From: a virus
Taxonomy: Duplodnaviria > Caudoviricetes
Virus record (IMG/VR): IMGVR_UViG_3300020414_001816
Coordinates: 1 to 47,425 of that record
Direction: 5' to 3' (one strand)
DNA: 47,425 nucleotides
A program made the position numbers and the translations under genes. Shown here piece after piece: positions 1-8,889 of this stretch. The notes under the pieces were generated by a model. It was not told the DNA's origin and did no database searches. It saw only the letters and a program-made list of their open reading frames with translations. Position 1 is the first letter of the stretch, and each line of letters begins with the position of its first letter.

Positions 1-186
1 ACTGTACGAGCAGAAGAAATGGAAGAAATATATCGTTGGTTGTATGACAACATTGAACTGTTCGGAACAGACGAACAACAAGACCAAGCAGTGCTAATTA
101 TTAAGCAAGGATTGGTAGATCATACACTAGTTGTAGATCCAGAGATAAACTTGGCAGCAACATTAATTAGACTAGGAGCATTATGA
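1..186 (+). CDS. Clamp loader (gp44/RFC-like) C-terminus, 5' truncated
   Basis: Frame 1 reads [17 protein letters not shown]...[22 protein letters not shown]; DxEINLxA motif typical of gp44/RFC C-termini; stop overlaps next ATG. Confidence 0.7.
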   Translation, partial: TVRAEEMEEIYRWLYDNIELFGTDEQQDQAVLIIKQGLVDHTLVVDPEINLAATLIRLGAL

Positions 187-524
187 CATATATTGTAAAT
201 GATCAATGTATTAAATGCAAACATATGGATTGTGTAGAAGTTTGCCCTGTTGATTGTTTTTACGAGGGTGAAAATATGCTTGTTATTAATCCAATAGAAT
301 GTATCGATTGCGGAGTATGCGAACCTGAGTGTCCTGCCGATGCAATCCAGCCTGATACAGCGCCAGGCGCAGATAAGTGGGTAGACTTTAATCAAAAATA
401 TGCAGACTTATGGCCAGTTATTACAGAAATGCGTCCTGAAGATGTACCTGAAGATGCTGATGAATGGCACGGTGTAGAAAATAAAATGGAGCATTTTTCT
501 GAGGCTCCAGGAAAGGGGGATTAA
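183..524 (+). CDS. fdxA: 7Fe ferredoxin, alphaproteobacterial FdxA type
   Basis: [18 protein letters not shown] and [12 protein letters not shown] motifs, C-terminal PGKGD. Confidence 0.93.
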   Translation: MTYIVNDQCIKCKHMDCVEVCPVDCFYEGENMLVINPIECIDCGVCEPECPADAIQPDTAPGADKWVDFNQKYADLWPVITEMRPEDVPEDADEWHGVENKMEHFSEAPGKGD

Positions 525-733
525 TGTTAAGTAAAAAATGTAAATTACACTTAGAAGAAGTAGGCGAAACAGGTTTACAACATATGAGTAAGGCATTATT
601 AGTTGCACTAAAGTTACAATTGTTAGTACCAGTGGTTATTATACACAGTGTAGCACCTAGATACTTTACTAAAACAGCAACAAACGTTATGCGGAGTATA
701 TTAAATGAACGAACACAAAAGTCTAATAAATGA
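524..733 (+). CDS. Small hypothetical protein (DUF6356-like)
   Basis: HL..VGE...QH...A...IH...P..F pattern; coupled to neighbours. Confidence 0.55.
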   Translation: MLSKKCKLHLEEVGETGLQHMSKALLVALKLQLLVPVVIIHSVAPRYFTKTATNVMRSILNERTQKSNK

Positions 734-887
734 TTTAGTTCGAATCAATGTATTAGAAGAAGAAATAGAATATTACAAAAGTTTATTGCAACCTCACGAC
801 ACAGGTCATATTCACACAACAATATCATTTCTAAGTCAAAGACTATCAAATTTAAAAGGAGAATTAGCTGAATGGCCGTTCGCTTAG
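705..887 (+). CDS. Hypothetical protein
   Basis: GGAG upstream; DTGHIHTTISFL motif; overlaps neighbours in operon. Confidence 0.6.
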   Translation: MNEHKSLINDLVRINVLEEEIEYYKSLLQPHDTGHIHTTISFLSQRLSNLKGELAEWPFA

Positions 888-1564
888 TAAGTTACACACA
901 GCCCACAGATGAGTGGAAAGAAGAAGGACTAGAAAACGTACAGGACTTAATTGCATTTTGTGCAAAAGTTTCTAATCCTGCTGCACAAATCAACAAAGAA
1001 ACCAGTGAACGTTTGATAAAATATCTAATCAAGCATCAACATTGGTCTCCATTAGAAATGGCAAATGCTGTTTTAGAAATAGACACTACTCGTGATATTG
1101 CACATCAAATTGTAAGACATAGAAGTTTTGCATTCCAAGAATTTAGTCAGCGTTATGCAGAACCTGGCGAAATGGGAGAAGTATTTGTAACTAGCGAAGC
1201 TCGTTTACAAGATAACAAAAATAGACAAAACAGTATCGACATTGACGTTGGTCAAGAAGGTATGGCTGAACTAATAGTAAAATGGGAAGAAATGCAACAA
1301 GATGTTTGTTTTGCTGCTGGTCGTGCATATGAATGGGCTATTAACAATGGTATTGCAAAAGAAGTAGCAAGAAAAGTTTTACCCGAAGGTTTGACTAAAA
1401 CTAGATTATATATGAATGGTACAATACGTAGTTGGGTTCATTATATTGAATTACGTAGTGCTAATGGCACACAAAAAGAACATATGGAAATAGCAAAAGC
1501 CTGTGCAGAAGTTATTGCACAAATTTTTCCACTAGCTAACAATATTAATGCCTCCGACCATTGA
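872..1564 (+). CDS. thyX: FAD-dependent thymidylate synthase
   Basis: HWSPLE, QIVRHRSFAFQEFSQRY (RHR-x7-S-x-R), ARKVLP motifs. Confidence 0.96.
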   Translation: MAVRLVSYTQPTDEWKEEGLENVQDLIAFCAKVSNPAAQINKETSERLIKYLIKHQHWSPLEMANAVLEIDTTRDIAHQIVRHRSFAFQEFSQRYAEPGEMGEVFVTSEARLQDNKNRQNSIDIDVGQEGMAELIVKWEEMQQDVCFAAGRAYEWAINNGIAKEVARKVLPEGLTKTRLYMNGTIRSWVHYIELRSANGTQKEHMEIAKACAEVIAQIFPLANNINASDH

Positions 1565-1826
1565 AACTGATATACATTTTTCAGAACGTTTTGCGTGGTG
1601 GCCTGTGCGTAGCACGTTTAGTAAAAAGCGTATTTGGTTTAAAAAGTTTTGGGTAGGTGAAATATTTTTTGACGCTATGGGTAGACCACCAATAAAAGGA
1701 CAATCGTGGAAATTGTTATACACACAAAACGAGTATCTAATGTATTTGTTAAAAAGAGAAAAACCAGATGTGCAAGGAGAACATATACCAAAATATCCAA
1801 AACCTTGGCCGAGACACTTTTGGTAA
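1548..1826 (+). CDS. Hypothetical protein
   Basis: ORF overlapping thyX stop; RFAWWPV...IWF motif. Confidence 0.55.
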   Translation: MPPTIETDIHFSERFAWWPVRSTFSKKRIWFKKFWVGEIFFDAMGRPPIKGQSWKLLYTQNEYLMYLLKREKPDVQGEHIPKYPKPWPRHFW

Positions 1827-2014
1827 AATATCTTTATAAGGATTGTTGGCGTAAGCGTTACGCCTTATTACCAAAGTGTGCAAAAAATGGTGACACACTT
1901 TGGTTAGTGCATTACTATGAATACATTCAGTATTACGACTGGCCTCCGAAAAAAATTAGAAATAAAACAATTTACACTGAGGCAGAAGGTATAGTTGCTA
2001 TGCTAAAAACATAG
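1820..2014 (+). CDS. Hypothetical protein, probable paralogue of preceding gene
   Basis: In-frame TTG at 1820 overlapping previous stop; RYALLPK...LWL motif. Confidence 0.45.
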   Translation: MVKYLYKDCWRKRYALLPKCAKNGDTLWLVHYYEYIQYYDWPPKKIRNKTIYTEAEGIVAMLKT

Positions 2015-2023
2015 CAACTTTTT

Positions 2024-2743
2024 TTATGCTATATCTCCGTAAATTTCTAAAACTTCTTTGACAGCTTCGTGTCTTTCAATATCTCCTTGTTTAAAACTAC
2101 ATACGTCAATGTGTTTGGTGTCTTTCTGTTGTAATTGATTGACAAAATCAATAAGCCCATTGTCTTTCAATCTATCTGCCTGTGCTAGGTCACCAGTGAC
2201 TACCATTTTACTTTCAGAGCCAATTCTCGTTAGTAACATTTTCATCTGATTTGGAGTAGCATTTTGCATTTCATCAGCAATAATATATGCGTTCTTAAAT
2301 GTTCGTCCACGCATATAAGCAAGAGGTGATATTTCTATCACTCCTTCTCTTATCATACCTTCAATTTCGCCTGCATAAAAATACTCTCTAAATACATCAA
2401 AAATAGGTCTTGTCCACGGTGCCATTTTCTCTTCCAGTGTGCCTGGTAAGAATCCTAGATCCTCATCAGCACTTACTGCTGGTCTTGTAACAATAATTTT
2501 ATCAACATCATTTTGTATAAAACTTTTCACAGCGGCTTGACACGCTAGTAGTGTTTTACCTGTACCCGCAGGACCAATACCAAATACAATACTTTTGGTA
2601 TTGTTCATCAGTGATAATACATAATTTTCTTGATTTCTGTTGCGGGGGATAATATCGATACTTTTGTTCTTTTTTGGAAGATAGTTGTTAAATTTTACAA
2701 CATTGTTGCTTGCTTGCCTTTTGGCTTTAGCTTTTGCACCCAT
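2024..2743 (-). CDS. phoH: PhoH-family ATPase
   Basis: GPAGTGKT, TRPAV, LGFLPG, YMRGRTF, DEMQN, GDLAQAD; AGGAG SD supports start at 2743. Confidence 0.95.
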   Translation of the reverse strand: MGAKAKAKRQASNNVVKFNNYLPKKNKSIDIIPRNRNQENYVLSLMNNTKSIVFGIGPAGTGKTLLACQAAVKSFIQNDVDKIIVTRPAVSADEDLGFLPGTLEEKMAPWTRPIFDVFREYFYAGEIEGMIREGVIEISPLAYMRGRTFKNAYIIADEMQNATPNQMKMLLTRIGSESKMVVTGDLAQADRLKDNGLIDFVNQLQQKDTKHIDVCSFKQGDIERHEAVKEVLEIYGDIA

Positions 2744-2798
2744 ATAATGTCTCCTTTTTATGGAAGCAGATGAGACCACGCAGGTCCCCCTGCAACTG

Positions 2799-2804
2799 TA
2801 TTTA
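2799..2804 (-). promoter_or_regulatory. TAAATA late-promoter-like box for phoH
   Basis: TAAATA on - strand in the divergent intergenic region; resembles T4 late TATAAATA. Confidence 0.5.
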
Positions 2805-2865
2805 CATTGATCACTAAATCATTAAGTGCGTGTTGAATTCTACAACGGTTAGATTAGTATTGTCA

Positions 2866-2871
2866 TAAATA
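2866..2871 (+). promoter_or_regulatory. TAAATA late-promoter-like box
   Basis: Intergenic, 20 nt before ATG 2891; same hexamer recurs at many gene junctions. Confidence 0.55.
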
Positions 2872-2890
2872 TACTAAAGCGAGGACTACT

Positions 2891-3391
2891 ATGGCTGTTT
2901 TAGATACTTTAGACGTAATACAAAATTTACAAACTATTCACGAAGACGATAAAGCTTTTACAATTTTAAAAGATTTTGAAAGAGTGATCGATAGTTTAGG
3001 TTTATATGTTTTCGATAATTGGGGAGAAGGTGAACTAGCAGCAGGTCCAAGAATTGAAAGACATTGGGTAACTTGTTCTTTTATGTGGCCACGAAAAGAT
3101 ATGCCAGATCCAGCCGGTGGCAAAATTTTACTAGATTATGGCTGTAAAATTAATTTTGAAAAAACACATATTATAAAAGCACGTCAAATACGTAAGCCAA
3201 GTGATATTCGTCCAGGTACTAAAAAAGGCAAATTAGATAAAGTACCAGTTTGGGTCGTTGAAATAAAAATGCCAAAAAGTTTAATATTAGATATCTACAG
3301 CGGTGATAAAGATCTATATAGTAAAGACGAAAAGCCAAGTGCAGAAACAGTTCAACCTGCTCCTACAGAACAAGTACCAGGAGCAGTATAA
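2891..3391 (+). CDS. Hypothetical phage protein
   Basis: 166-aa ORF with GAGGA SD. Confidence 0.8.
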   Translation: MAVLDTLDVIQNLQTIHEDDKAFTILKDFERVIDSLGLYVFDNWGEGELAAGPRIERHWVTCSFMWPRKDMPDPAGGKILLDYGCKINFEKTHIIKARQIRKPSDIRPGTKKGKLDKVPVWVVEIKMPKSLILDIYSGDKDLYSKDEKPSAETVQPAPTEQVPGAV

Positions 3392-4086
3392 TGGGTTTAA
3401 GAAATGGAGACTTAAAAGATCTATTAAATCCAGTTTTTGAAATTGATAATTTTAAAAGTAAAATGGGTGATGACGAAGATGTTGTTGTGGTGAGTTTTAG
3501 TGTTAGTGAAGCAGCCGCAGCAAAGGATTTAGTTGAGTTTATCGAAAAATCATATGACTTTGTACTAGATGCAGACTCTACTGTTAGTGAACTAGACAAC
3601 GGCACTTACAAAGTTTTTGTAGAAATGGAAAGAAACACTAGTGTAAATGAAAATATTTTAGAAATGTTATATGGTGTAGGAGAACTTTCAGCGACAGAAT
3701 CTTTTAAGTTTAGATATTATAAAAACTTCAGCAGTTACGATGCAACAATTGAAAATTTACAAGAAATAGTGCCAATTGATGCAAGAACATATAGTTTAAC
3801 TATAATTGAAAATGCAGAAACATTTTTTTCAAATTTAGCAGGGCAAGTAGACTTTATAGGCGAAAATATTATTCTTAAAAAAGTATATGCTGATCCAATT
3901 GCATTTACTATAAAAGATTTTAAGAAAACAGAAGATGTGCAAATTAATGAAAAAATTAACATAAATGCATATCCTGAGATATTGTTTTTAACTAAATACC
4001 TTGGAGACTACAATGTTACCAAATACGGTGACAAAACGTTAACACTGGAAAACAATGGACATACACTCGTGGTCGAAAGACTATAA
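3391..4086 (+). CDS. Hypothetical phage protein
   Basis: 231-aa ORF coupled (TAATG) to previous gene. Confidence 0.8.
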   Translation: MGLRNGDLKDLLNPVFEIDNFKSKMGDDEDVVVVSFSVSEAAAAKDLVEFIEKSYDFVLDADSTVSELDNGTYKVFVEMERNTSVNENILEMLYGVGELSATESFKFRYYKNFSSYDATIENLQEIVPIDARTYSLTIIENAETFFSNLAGQVDFIGENIILKKVYADPIAFTIKDFKKTEDVQINEKININAYPEILFLTKYLGDYNVTKYGDKTLTLENNGHTLVVERL

Positions 4087-4216
4087 CGGAACATATTGTA
4101 AAAATTGCGGACACCCAGGACACTGTGGTACGCCTAACTATGCTTCACCAACTACAACAATAAAATTATGTGAAACTTGCAGATGTGAAGCCTGCGCCCC
4201 GGAAAAAAAGGAATAA
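4055..4216 (+). CDS. Small Cys/His-rich metal-binding protein (53 aa, not in ORF track)
   Basis: MDIHSWSKDYNGTYCKNCGHPGHCG...LCETCRCEACAPEKKE*; fills the gap before the endolysin. Confidence 0.65.
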   Translation: MDIHSWSKDYNGTYCKNCGHPGHCGTPNYASPTTTIKLCETCRCEACAPEKKE

Positions 4217-4218
4217 CT

Positions 4219-5082
4219 ATGGCCAAAGAAGATTTTGAATTTGATTTTGAACCGTGGATGGCAGAAGAATTAATCCACAGAAGTGATTGGGAAGATTGGT
4301 ATGAAGCAATGCTAGAAATCTTGCCACTATGGGATATCAATACTATTCCAAGGGTAGCAGGCTTTATTGCGCAGTGCGGACACGAATCAGGTGGCTTCCG
4401 TGTTGTAAGTGAAAACTTAAACTACAGTGCAAAAGCACTAAATGTTATTTTTCCAAAGTATTTTAAACGTGCAGGGAGAGATGCAAATGAATATCATAGA
4501 CAACCTGAAAGGATTGCTAACGTCATATATGCCAACAGGATGGACAATGGTGATACTGACAGCGGCGACGGCTGGAGATTCCGTGGTGGCGGACTCATTC
4601 AACTTACAGGAAGATACAACTACACAGAGTTTGCAGAAGATGTAGAAATGTCAGTAGAAGAAGCAGTAGATTATGTGCGTACCAAAAAAGGTGCATTGGA
4701 TAGTGCTTGCTGGTTCTGGGACGAAAACAACATCAACAAACACTGTGATAATATGGACATTCTAAAAATGACCAAACGCATCAACGGTGGTACTATTGGA
4801 CTAGAAGATCGCAAAAAACATTGGGCACACGCATTAGATGTATTAGGCGGCGATATGGAAATGGAAGTAGAAGAAGAAAAAGAACTTAACACTAACCAAA
4901 CTATACGTCAAGGTTCACGTGGTCCATTAGTTGCAGAAGTACAAGAAATCCTAGGTATTAGTCCTGCTGATGGTATATTTGGTCCAGGTACTGCTAGACA
5001 AGTCAAAGAATGGCAAGCAGAAAACGGACTAGTTGCAGACGGTATTGTAGGACCAAAAACACTGGGAAAGTTGTTAGGGTAG
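4219..5082 (+). CDS. Endolysin, glycoside hydrolase family 19 with C-terminal peptidoglycan-binding domain
   Basis: FIAQCGHES, ENLNYS, FRGGGLIQLTGRYNY, TKRINGG; two DGIxGP PG-binding repeats. Confidence 0.93.
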   Translation: MAKEDFEFDFEPWMAEELIHRSDWEDWYEAMLEILPLWDINTIPRVAGFIAQCGHESGGFRVVSENLNYSAKALNVIFPKYFKRAGRDANEYHRQPERIANVIYANRMDNGDTDSGDGWRFRGGGLIQLTGRYNYTEFAEDVEMSVEEAVDYVRTKKGALDSACWFWDENNINKHCDNMDILKMTKRINGGTIGLEDRKKHWAHALDVLGGDMEMEVEEEKELNTNQTIRQGSRGPLVAEVQEILGISPADGIFGPGTARQVKEWQAENGLVADGIVGPKTLGKLLG

Positions 5083-5093
5083 GTGGTTTAGGT

Positions 5094-5582
5094 ATGGGCT
5101 TGAAACTTGCAGGAGTAATGTTTTTGATAATGTGTGCTATGGGAGGCATAGGTTATTGGTATTACAATGATTCACAAGCCCGGATTGCAATACTGAATGA
5201 AAATAATGCAAAATTAGAAATTGCAGTTGAAACAAATGAACAAGCACTTGAAAGTTTACAAGCTGATTATGCATCAGCACAAACCGAATTAGCTAGTTTA
5301 AATGATGCTTACACTGCTATTCGTAGACAAAATCAAAAATTAGCAGACAAACTGCAAGAAATAGATTTAACAGCAGCAGCAATTGCAAATGCAGAAGGTA
5401 TAGAACGTGCTGTAAATAGAGGCACTGAAAATGCTGGTAGATGCTTTGAATTACTTTCGGGGGCAGAACTAAATGAGAAAGAAAGGACAGCAAAAAATGA
5501 CATCGCTTTTAACAAAGAGTGTCCTTGGCTTTACGATACTTATAAGTCTCGCGGCCTGCTCGACGAAACCCCAGCAGATTGA
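5094..5582 (+). CDS. Inner-membrane spanin (Rz-like)
   Basis: N-terminal TM helix, long coiled coil, C-terminal Cys; directly after endolysin. Confidence 0.7.
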   Translation: MGLKLAGVMFLIMCAMGGIGYWYYNDSQARIAILNENNAKLEIAVETNEQALESLQADYASAQTELASLNDAYTAIRRQNQKLADKLQEIDLTAAAIANAEGIERAVNRGTENAGRCFELLSGAELNEKERTAKNDIAFNKECPWLYDTYKSRGLLDETPAD

Positions 5583-5886
5583 AGTAAGTGCTAAACCAAT
5601 AGAAAAACCTACATTACAACTGCCACCTGTTGACGAACTTAATATGCGTAAAGTAGAGTGGATAGTTATTAATGAAGCAAATGTAGATGTAGTAATAGAA
5701 AAACTTAAAACAGAAGGACAAGCCTTTGCACTATATGCACTAACAGGTGATGGGTATGGAAACTTAGGATTGAACTTTTCAGATATACGTGCATTAGTAC
5801 AACAGCAACAAGCTATTATTGCAGCGTATGAAGGTTACTACGAACAAGCAGAAGAAGCAATGGACAATGCTGTGGTTCAGGAATAA
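5497..5886 (+). CDS. Outer-membrane spanin lipoprotein (Rz1-like)
   Basis: Signal peptide with lipobox LAAC, Pro-rich segment, overlaps 3' end of i-spanin. Confidence 0.72.
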   Translation: MTSLLTKSVLGFTILISLAACSTKPQQIEVSAKPIEKPTLQLPPVDELNMRKVEWIVINEANVDVVIEKLKTEGQAFALYALTGDGYGNLGLNFSDIRALVQQQQAIIAAYEGYYEQAEEAMDNAVVQE

Positions 5887-6373
5887 TTTACTCCTGCTAA
5901 CAAGTATTTTATTATTAGGTTGCCAAGTCACTACAGAAGATAGCATAGGAACAGCACAACCGTATATTGGATTAGAAGAACGCCAACATAGAAAACAAAT
6001 CAAAGAATTAGTAGGTGTAGATCCTTTGTACACAGAATGGTGTGCAGCGTTTGTAAATGCAGTGTTAGCACAGGATGGTATACCAGGTAGTGAATCTGTA
6101 AGTGATAATCCATTATTAGCAAGAAGCTTTTTATATTGGGGAAGTAATGTACAACGGCACGACATTCGACGTGGCGATATTGTAGTTTTTCCAAGAGGCA
6201 ACGAAGGATGGAAAGGTCACGTTGGATTTTATGTAGAAACACAAATTTATAACGGTAAAGAATACTGGGTTATTTTAGGTGGCAATCAAGACAATAAAGT
6301 TAGATACGAAAGATATAATCCTTATAAAAGTATTGGTATAAGAAGATATATACAAAATAAGGATGTGCAATGA
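5867..6373 (+). CDS. Lipoprotein with NlpC/P60-CHAP-like (TIGR02594-type) domain
   Basis: Lipobox LLGC; WCAAFVN, GDIVVF, GHVGF, LGGNQ motifs. Confidence 0.8.
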   Translation: MLWFRNNLLLLTSILLLGCQVTTEDSIGTAQPYIGLEERQHRKQIKELVGVDPLYTEWCAAFVNAVLAQDGIPGSESVSDNPLLARSFLYWGSNVQRHDIRRGDIVVFPRGNEGWKGHVGFYVETQIYNGKEYWVILGGNQDNKVRYERYNPYKSIGIRRYIQNKDVQ

Positions 6374-6792
6374 AAAGTCGTTGGCAACGTTTTAAGGAAT
6401 GGTGGACAGTAGATCACGTAGTTGATCTTATTGTAGATGCATTACTTTTGATTTGGGAAGTTATTGCAAGTCCAATCCTTATTATTGTAAGAGTAATTAG
6501 ACACTTTATAGGCGAATGGTTTGTTGAAGGAATCAAAAAAATTATAAAAGGAATTGTGCATTGGTTCCAACGAAAAAGAGAATATCGTAAAGCACACGGA
6601 TACGGAATATTTAGAACTTATTGGTGGTTAATTCTTTCAAGTCCATTTATACTATTTTTCTTAGTTATTTTACTTGCAATAATTACAGGTATTGCACAAG
6701 ATCTTACTGAAATGATCGAATTACTAATACGAGGATGTGATTCACTTCAGCCTGGTGCAGAGCAATACTGGTGTAATACAGATTTGTGGTAA
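6370..6792 (+). CDS. Membrane protein
   Basis: Two hydrophobic segments; ATGA coupling. Confidence 0.65.
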   Translation: MKSRWQRFKEWWTVDHVVDLIVDALLLIWEVIASPILIIVRVIRHFIGEWFVEGIKKIIKGIVHWFQRKREYRKAHGYGIFRTYWWLILSSPFILFFLVILLAIITGIAQDLTEMIELLIRGCDSLQPGAEQYWCNTDLW

Positions 6793-6795
6793 ATA
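6790..6795 (+). promoter_or_regulatory. TAAATA late-promoter-like box
   Basis: At gene junction, followed by AGGAGG SD and ATG 6817. Confidence 0.5.
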
Positions 6796-6816
6796 CACAT
6801 AATAGGAGGGCTGTTT

Positions 6817-7113
6817 ATGTGGGAAATGATACAAAATATGGCAAGTGATAGAACTTGGATTTATACCAGTATTGCCGGCAGTATTGCAGGTGCTATGGTA
6901 TTAGCATATTTAAGCACAACAAGAGTAGGACTTTGGGGTTATGCAAAGTTTGATTTAATGGTTGATTACTTAGTTGAGCGTTGGGGCTTAACTTGGCTAG
7001 AACAACCTGAAGATGCTTGGAGGAAAAAGTATCCTAAAATAACAGCCAAAATAGATTCAATCGAGGCAAGACTAAACAAATTGGAGGGTAAAAATGCCAA
7101 GAAAAAAACCTGA
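6817..7113 (+). CDS. Small membrane-anchored protein
   Basis: AGGAGG SD; one TM helix, C-terminal coiled coil. Confidence 0.75.
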   Translation: MWEMIQNMASDRTWIYTSIAGSIAGAMVLAYLSTTRVGLWGYAKFDLMVDYLVERWGLTWLEQPEDAWRKKYPKITAKIDSIEARLNKLEGKNAKKKT

Positions 7114-7555
7114 GGACCTTAAGAGCGGTGGAGCAGCACCAGCAGCAAAAGCAGCAACTCCTGCACCAGCACCGACTCCTACACCAGCAGCGCCAGTAGC
7201 ACCAGTAGCAGCACCAGCGCCTGTTCAGCAAAATTATCATCCTGCTGATATAAACGGAGATGGATGGGTAGATGCTGAAGAAAAGGCTATGGAGTTAGAA
7301 TTTAGACGTAAGGCACTTGAAGATGCAGATGCAATGCGTGACGCACAACGTAAGATGGCTTGGTTTGCATTGTTTGGTATGTTACTATATCCTTTTGCTG
7401 TTGTTTTAGCAGTATTTGCAAACTTAGAAACAGCGGGCGATATATTAGGTTCAATGGCAGCAACTTACTTTGTTTCAGTTGCAGCAATAGTCGCAGCATT
7501 CTTTGGTGGACAAGCATACGCAGGTAAACAATCAAGTTCAAGTAAAAAACGCTAG
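7094..7555 (+). CDS. Two-TM membrane protein with Pro/Ala linker and DxNxDG loop; holin candidate
   Basis: PA-rich N-terminus, DINGDGWVDAEE, two TM helices, basic tail; end of lysis cassette. Confidence 0.65.
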   Translation: MPRKKPEDLKSGGAAPAAKAATPAPAPTPTPAAPVAPVAAPAPVQQNYHPADINGDGWVDAEEKAMELEFRRKALEDADAMRDAQRKMAWFALFGMLLYPFAVVLAVFANLETAGDILGSMAATYFVSVAAIVAAFFGGQAYAGKQSSSSKKR

Positions 7556-7559
7556 GGTC

Positions 7560-7565
7560 TAAATA
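7560..7565 (+). promoter_or_regulatory. TAAATA late-promoter-like box with very short leader
   Basis: 9 nt before dnaJ ATG, no SD between. Confidence 0.5.
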
Positions 7566-7574
7566 AGTAATAGT

Positions 7575-8378
7575 ATGGACTATTACAAGCGGTTAGGTGT
7601 TGACAAATCAGCATCTCCTGAAGAACTCAAACGAGCATACAAAAAATTAGCAATGAAACATCATCCTGACAAAGGTGGTGACCAAAAAATGTTTCAAGAA
7701 ATTAATGAAGCATATGACACGCTAAAAGATCCTAATAAAAAGGCTCAATACGATGCTCCACCTAGACCAGAAATGAACTTTAACAGTCAAAATATGAATG
7801 ACATTTTTGGAGCGTTTTTTCAACAAGGCAGAAGAGTACAAAGGCGAAATCAAGATGTAACTATAAATGTAAATGTAAATTTAGAAGACATTTTAGAAGG
7901 CAAAAATATTATTGGTAGATATCAGTTACGGTCAGGAGAAGAAGTAGTAGCAAATATTCACGTACCAGCAGGCATAGAAAGCGGACAAATATTACAACTC
8001 GCAGGATTAGGTGACAACTATTTTAAACAATTACCAAGAGGTAATTTACTGGCAAAAATAAATGTTAAAAGTCATCCAAAATATGTAAGAGATAGGTTGC
8101 ATTTGAGAACGTTTTGTAGTATAAATGTATTAGAACTTATTTTAGGCACAGAAACAACTATAGACAAATTAGGAGGAGGCACTATTGCTCTTAAGATTCC
8201 TCCAGGCACAAATCCAGGCACAATATTAAGTATTCCAGGTTACGGAATCAAAGATTATAAAACACAACGTACAGGTAATGTGTATGTTGAGATAAAAGGA
8301 ACTACGCCTAAATTAGATAGGTATGAAGATTTGGATAGGATAAAAAAGTTAAATGATGAATTTAATTCTCGCACCTGA
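7575..8378 (+). CDS. dnaJ: DnaJ/CbpA-type co-chaperone
   Basis: J domain with HPD, C-terminal substrate-binding domain, no Zn finger. Confidence 0.92.
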   Translation: MDYYKRLGVDKSASPEELKRAYKKLAMKHHPDKGGDQKMFQEINEAYDTLKDPNKKAQYDAPPRPEMNFNSQNMNDIFGAFFQQGRRVQRRNQDVTINVNVNLEDILEGKNIIGRYQLRSGEEVVANIHVPAGIESGQILQLAGLGDNYFKQLPRGNLLAKINVKSHPKYVRDRLHLRTFCSINVLELILGTETTIDKLGGGTIALKIPPGTNPGTILSIPGYGIKDYKTQRTGNVYVEIKGTTPKLDRYEDLDRIKKLNDEFNSRT

Positions 8379-8889
8379 TGTAATGTTAGAAAACCCAGTT
8401 AGACCATTTGACGTTGCAAATATGCATCCGGCTCCGATTGCACTTGATATGACCGAAGTTATGCGTAAACATCACGGCTTAGGATTGAGTGCAAATCAAG
8501 TAGGATTTGATGGACAAATTTTTGTTATGCGAACTATGCTAAACAAAGAATACGGTGATATAACAACAGTGATCAACCCACAAATCAAAGGCTTGAGTAA
8601 AGAAATGGAACTAGGGATTGAAGGGTGTTTGAGCCATCCAGATTTATTTTTGAAAGTAAGACGCCCTATTAGTTGTATGGTAGAATTTGACACTCTCACA
8701 GCTGATGGTAAAAATGTTATACACGTTGAAACAAAATATAATGACATAGATGCTCGAATATTTTTACACGAGTACGACCACTTGCAAGGTGTGCAATACA
8801 TTAATAGAGTTTCTAAATTAAAACTAAACTTAGCAGAAAAGAAAAGAAATAAAAAATATAAAAGGAAAGTAAATGGTAGAACCGTCTAA
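8353..8889 (+). CDS. def: Peptide deformylase
   Basis: GLGLSANQVG, EGCLS, HEYDHLQG. Confidence 0.95.
   Translation: MMNLILAPDVMLENPVRPFDVANMHPAPIALDMTEVMRKHHGLGLSANQVGFDGQIFVMRTMLNKEYGDITTVINPQIKGLSKEMELGIEGCLSHPDLFLKVRRPISCMVEFDTLTADGKNVIHVETKYNDIDARIFLHEYDHLQGVQYINRVSKLKLNLAEKKRNKKYKRKVNGRTV

Noticed and set aside
2011-2032. Possible bidirectional terminator between convergent genes
   Set aside because: Only a weak AT-rich 5-6 bp stem with a large loop
7130-7225. CCAGCA-type repeats
   Set aside because: Encode a Pro/Ala linker; no spacer-repeat structure, so not CRISPR
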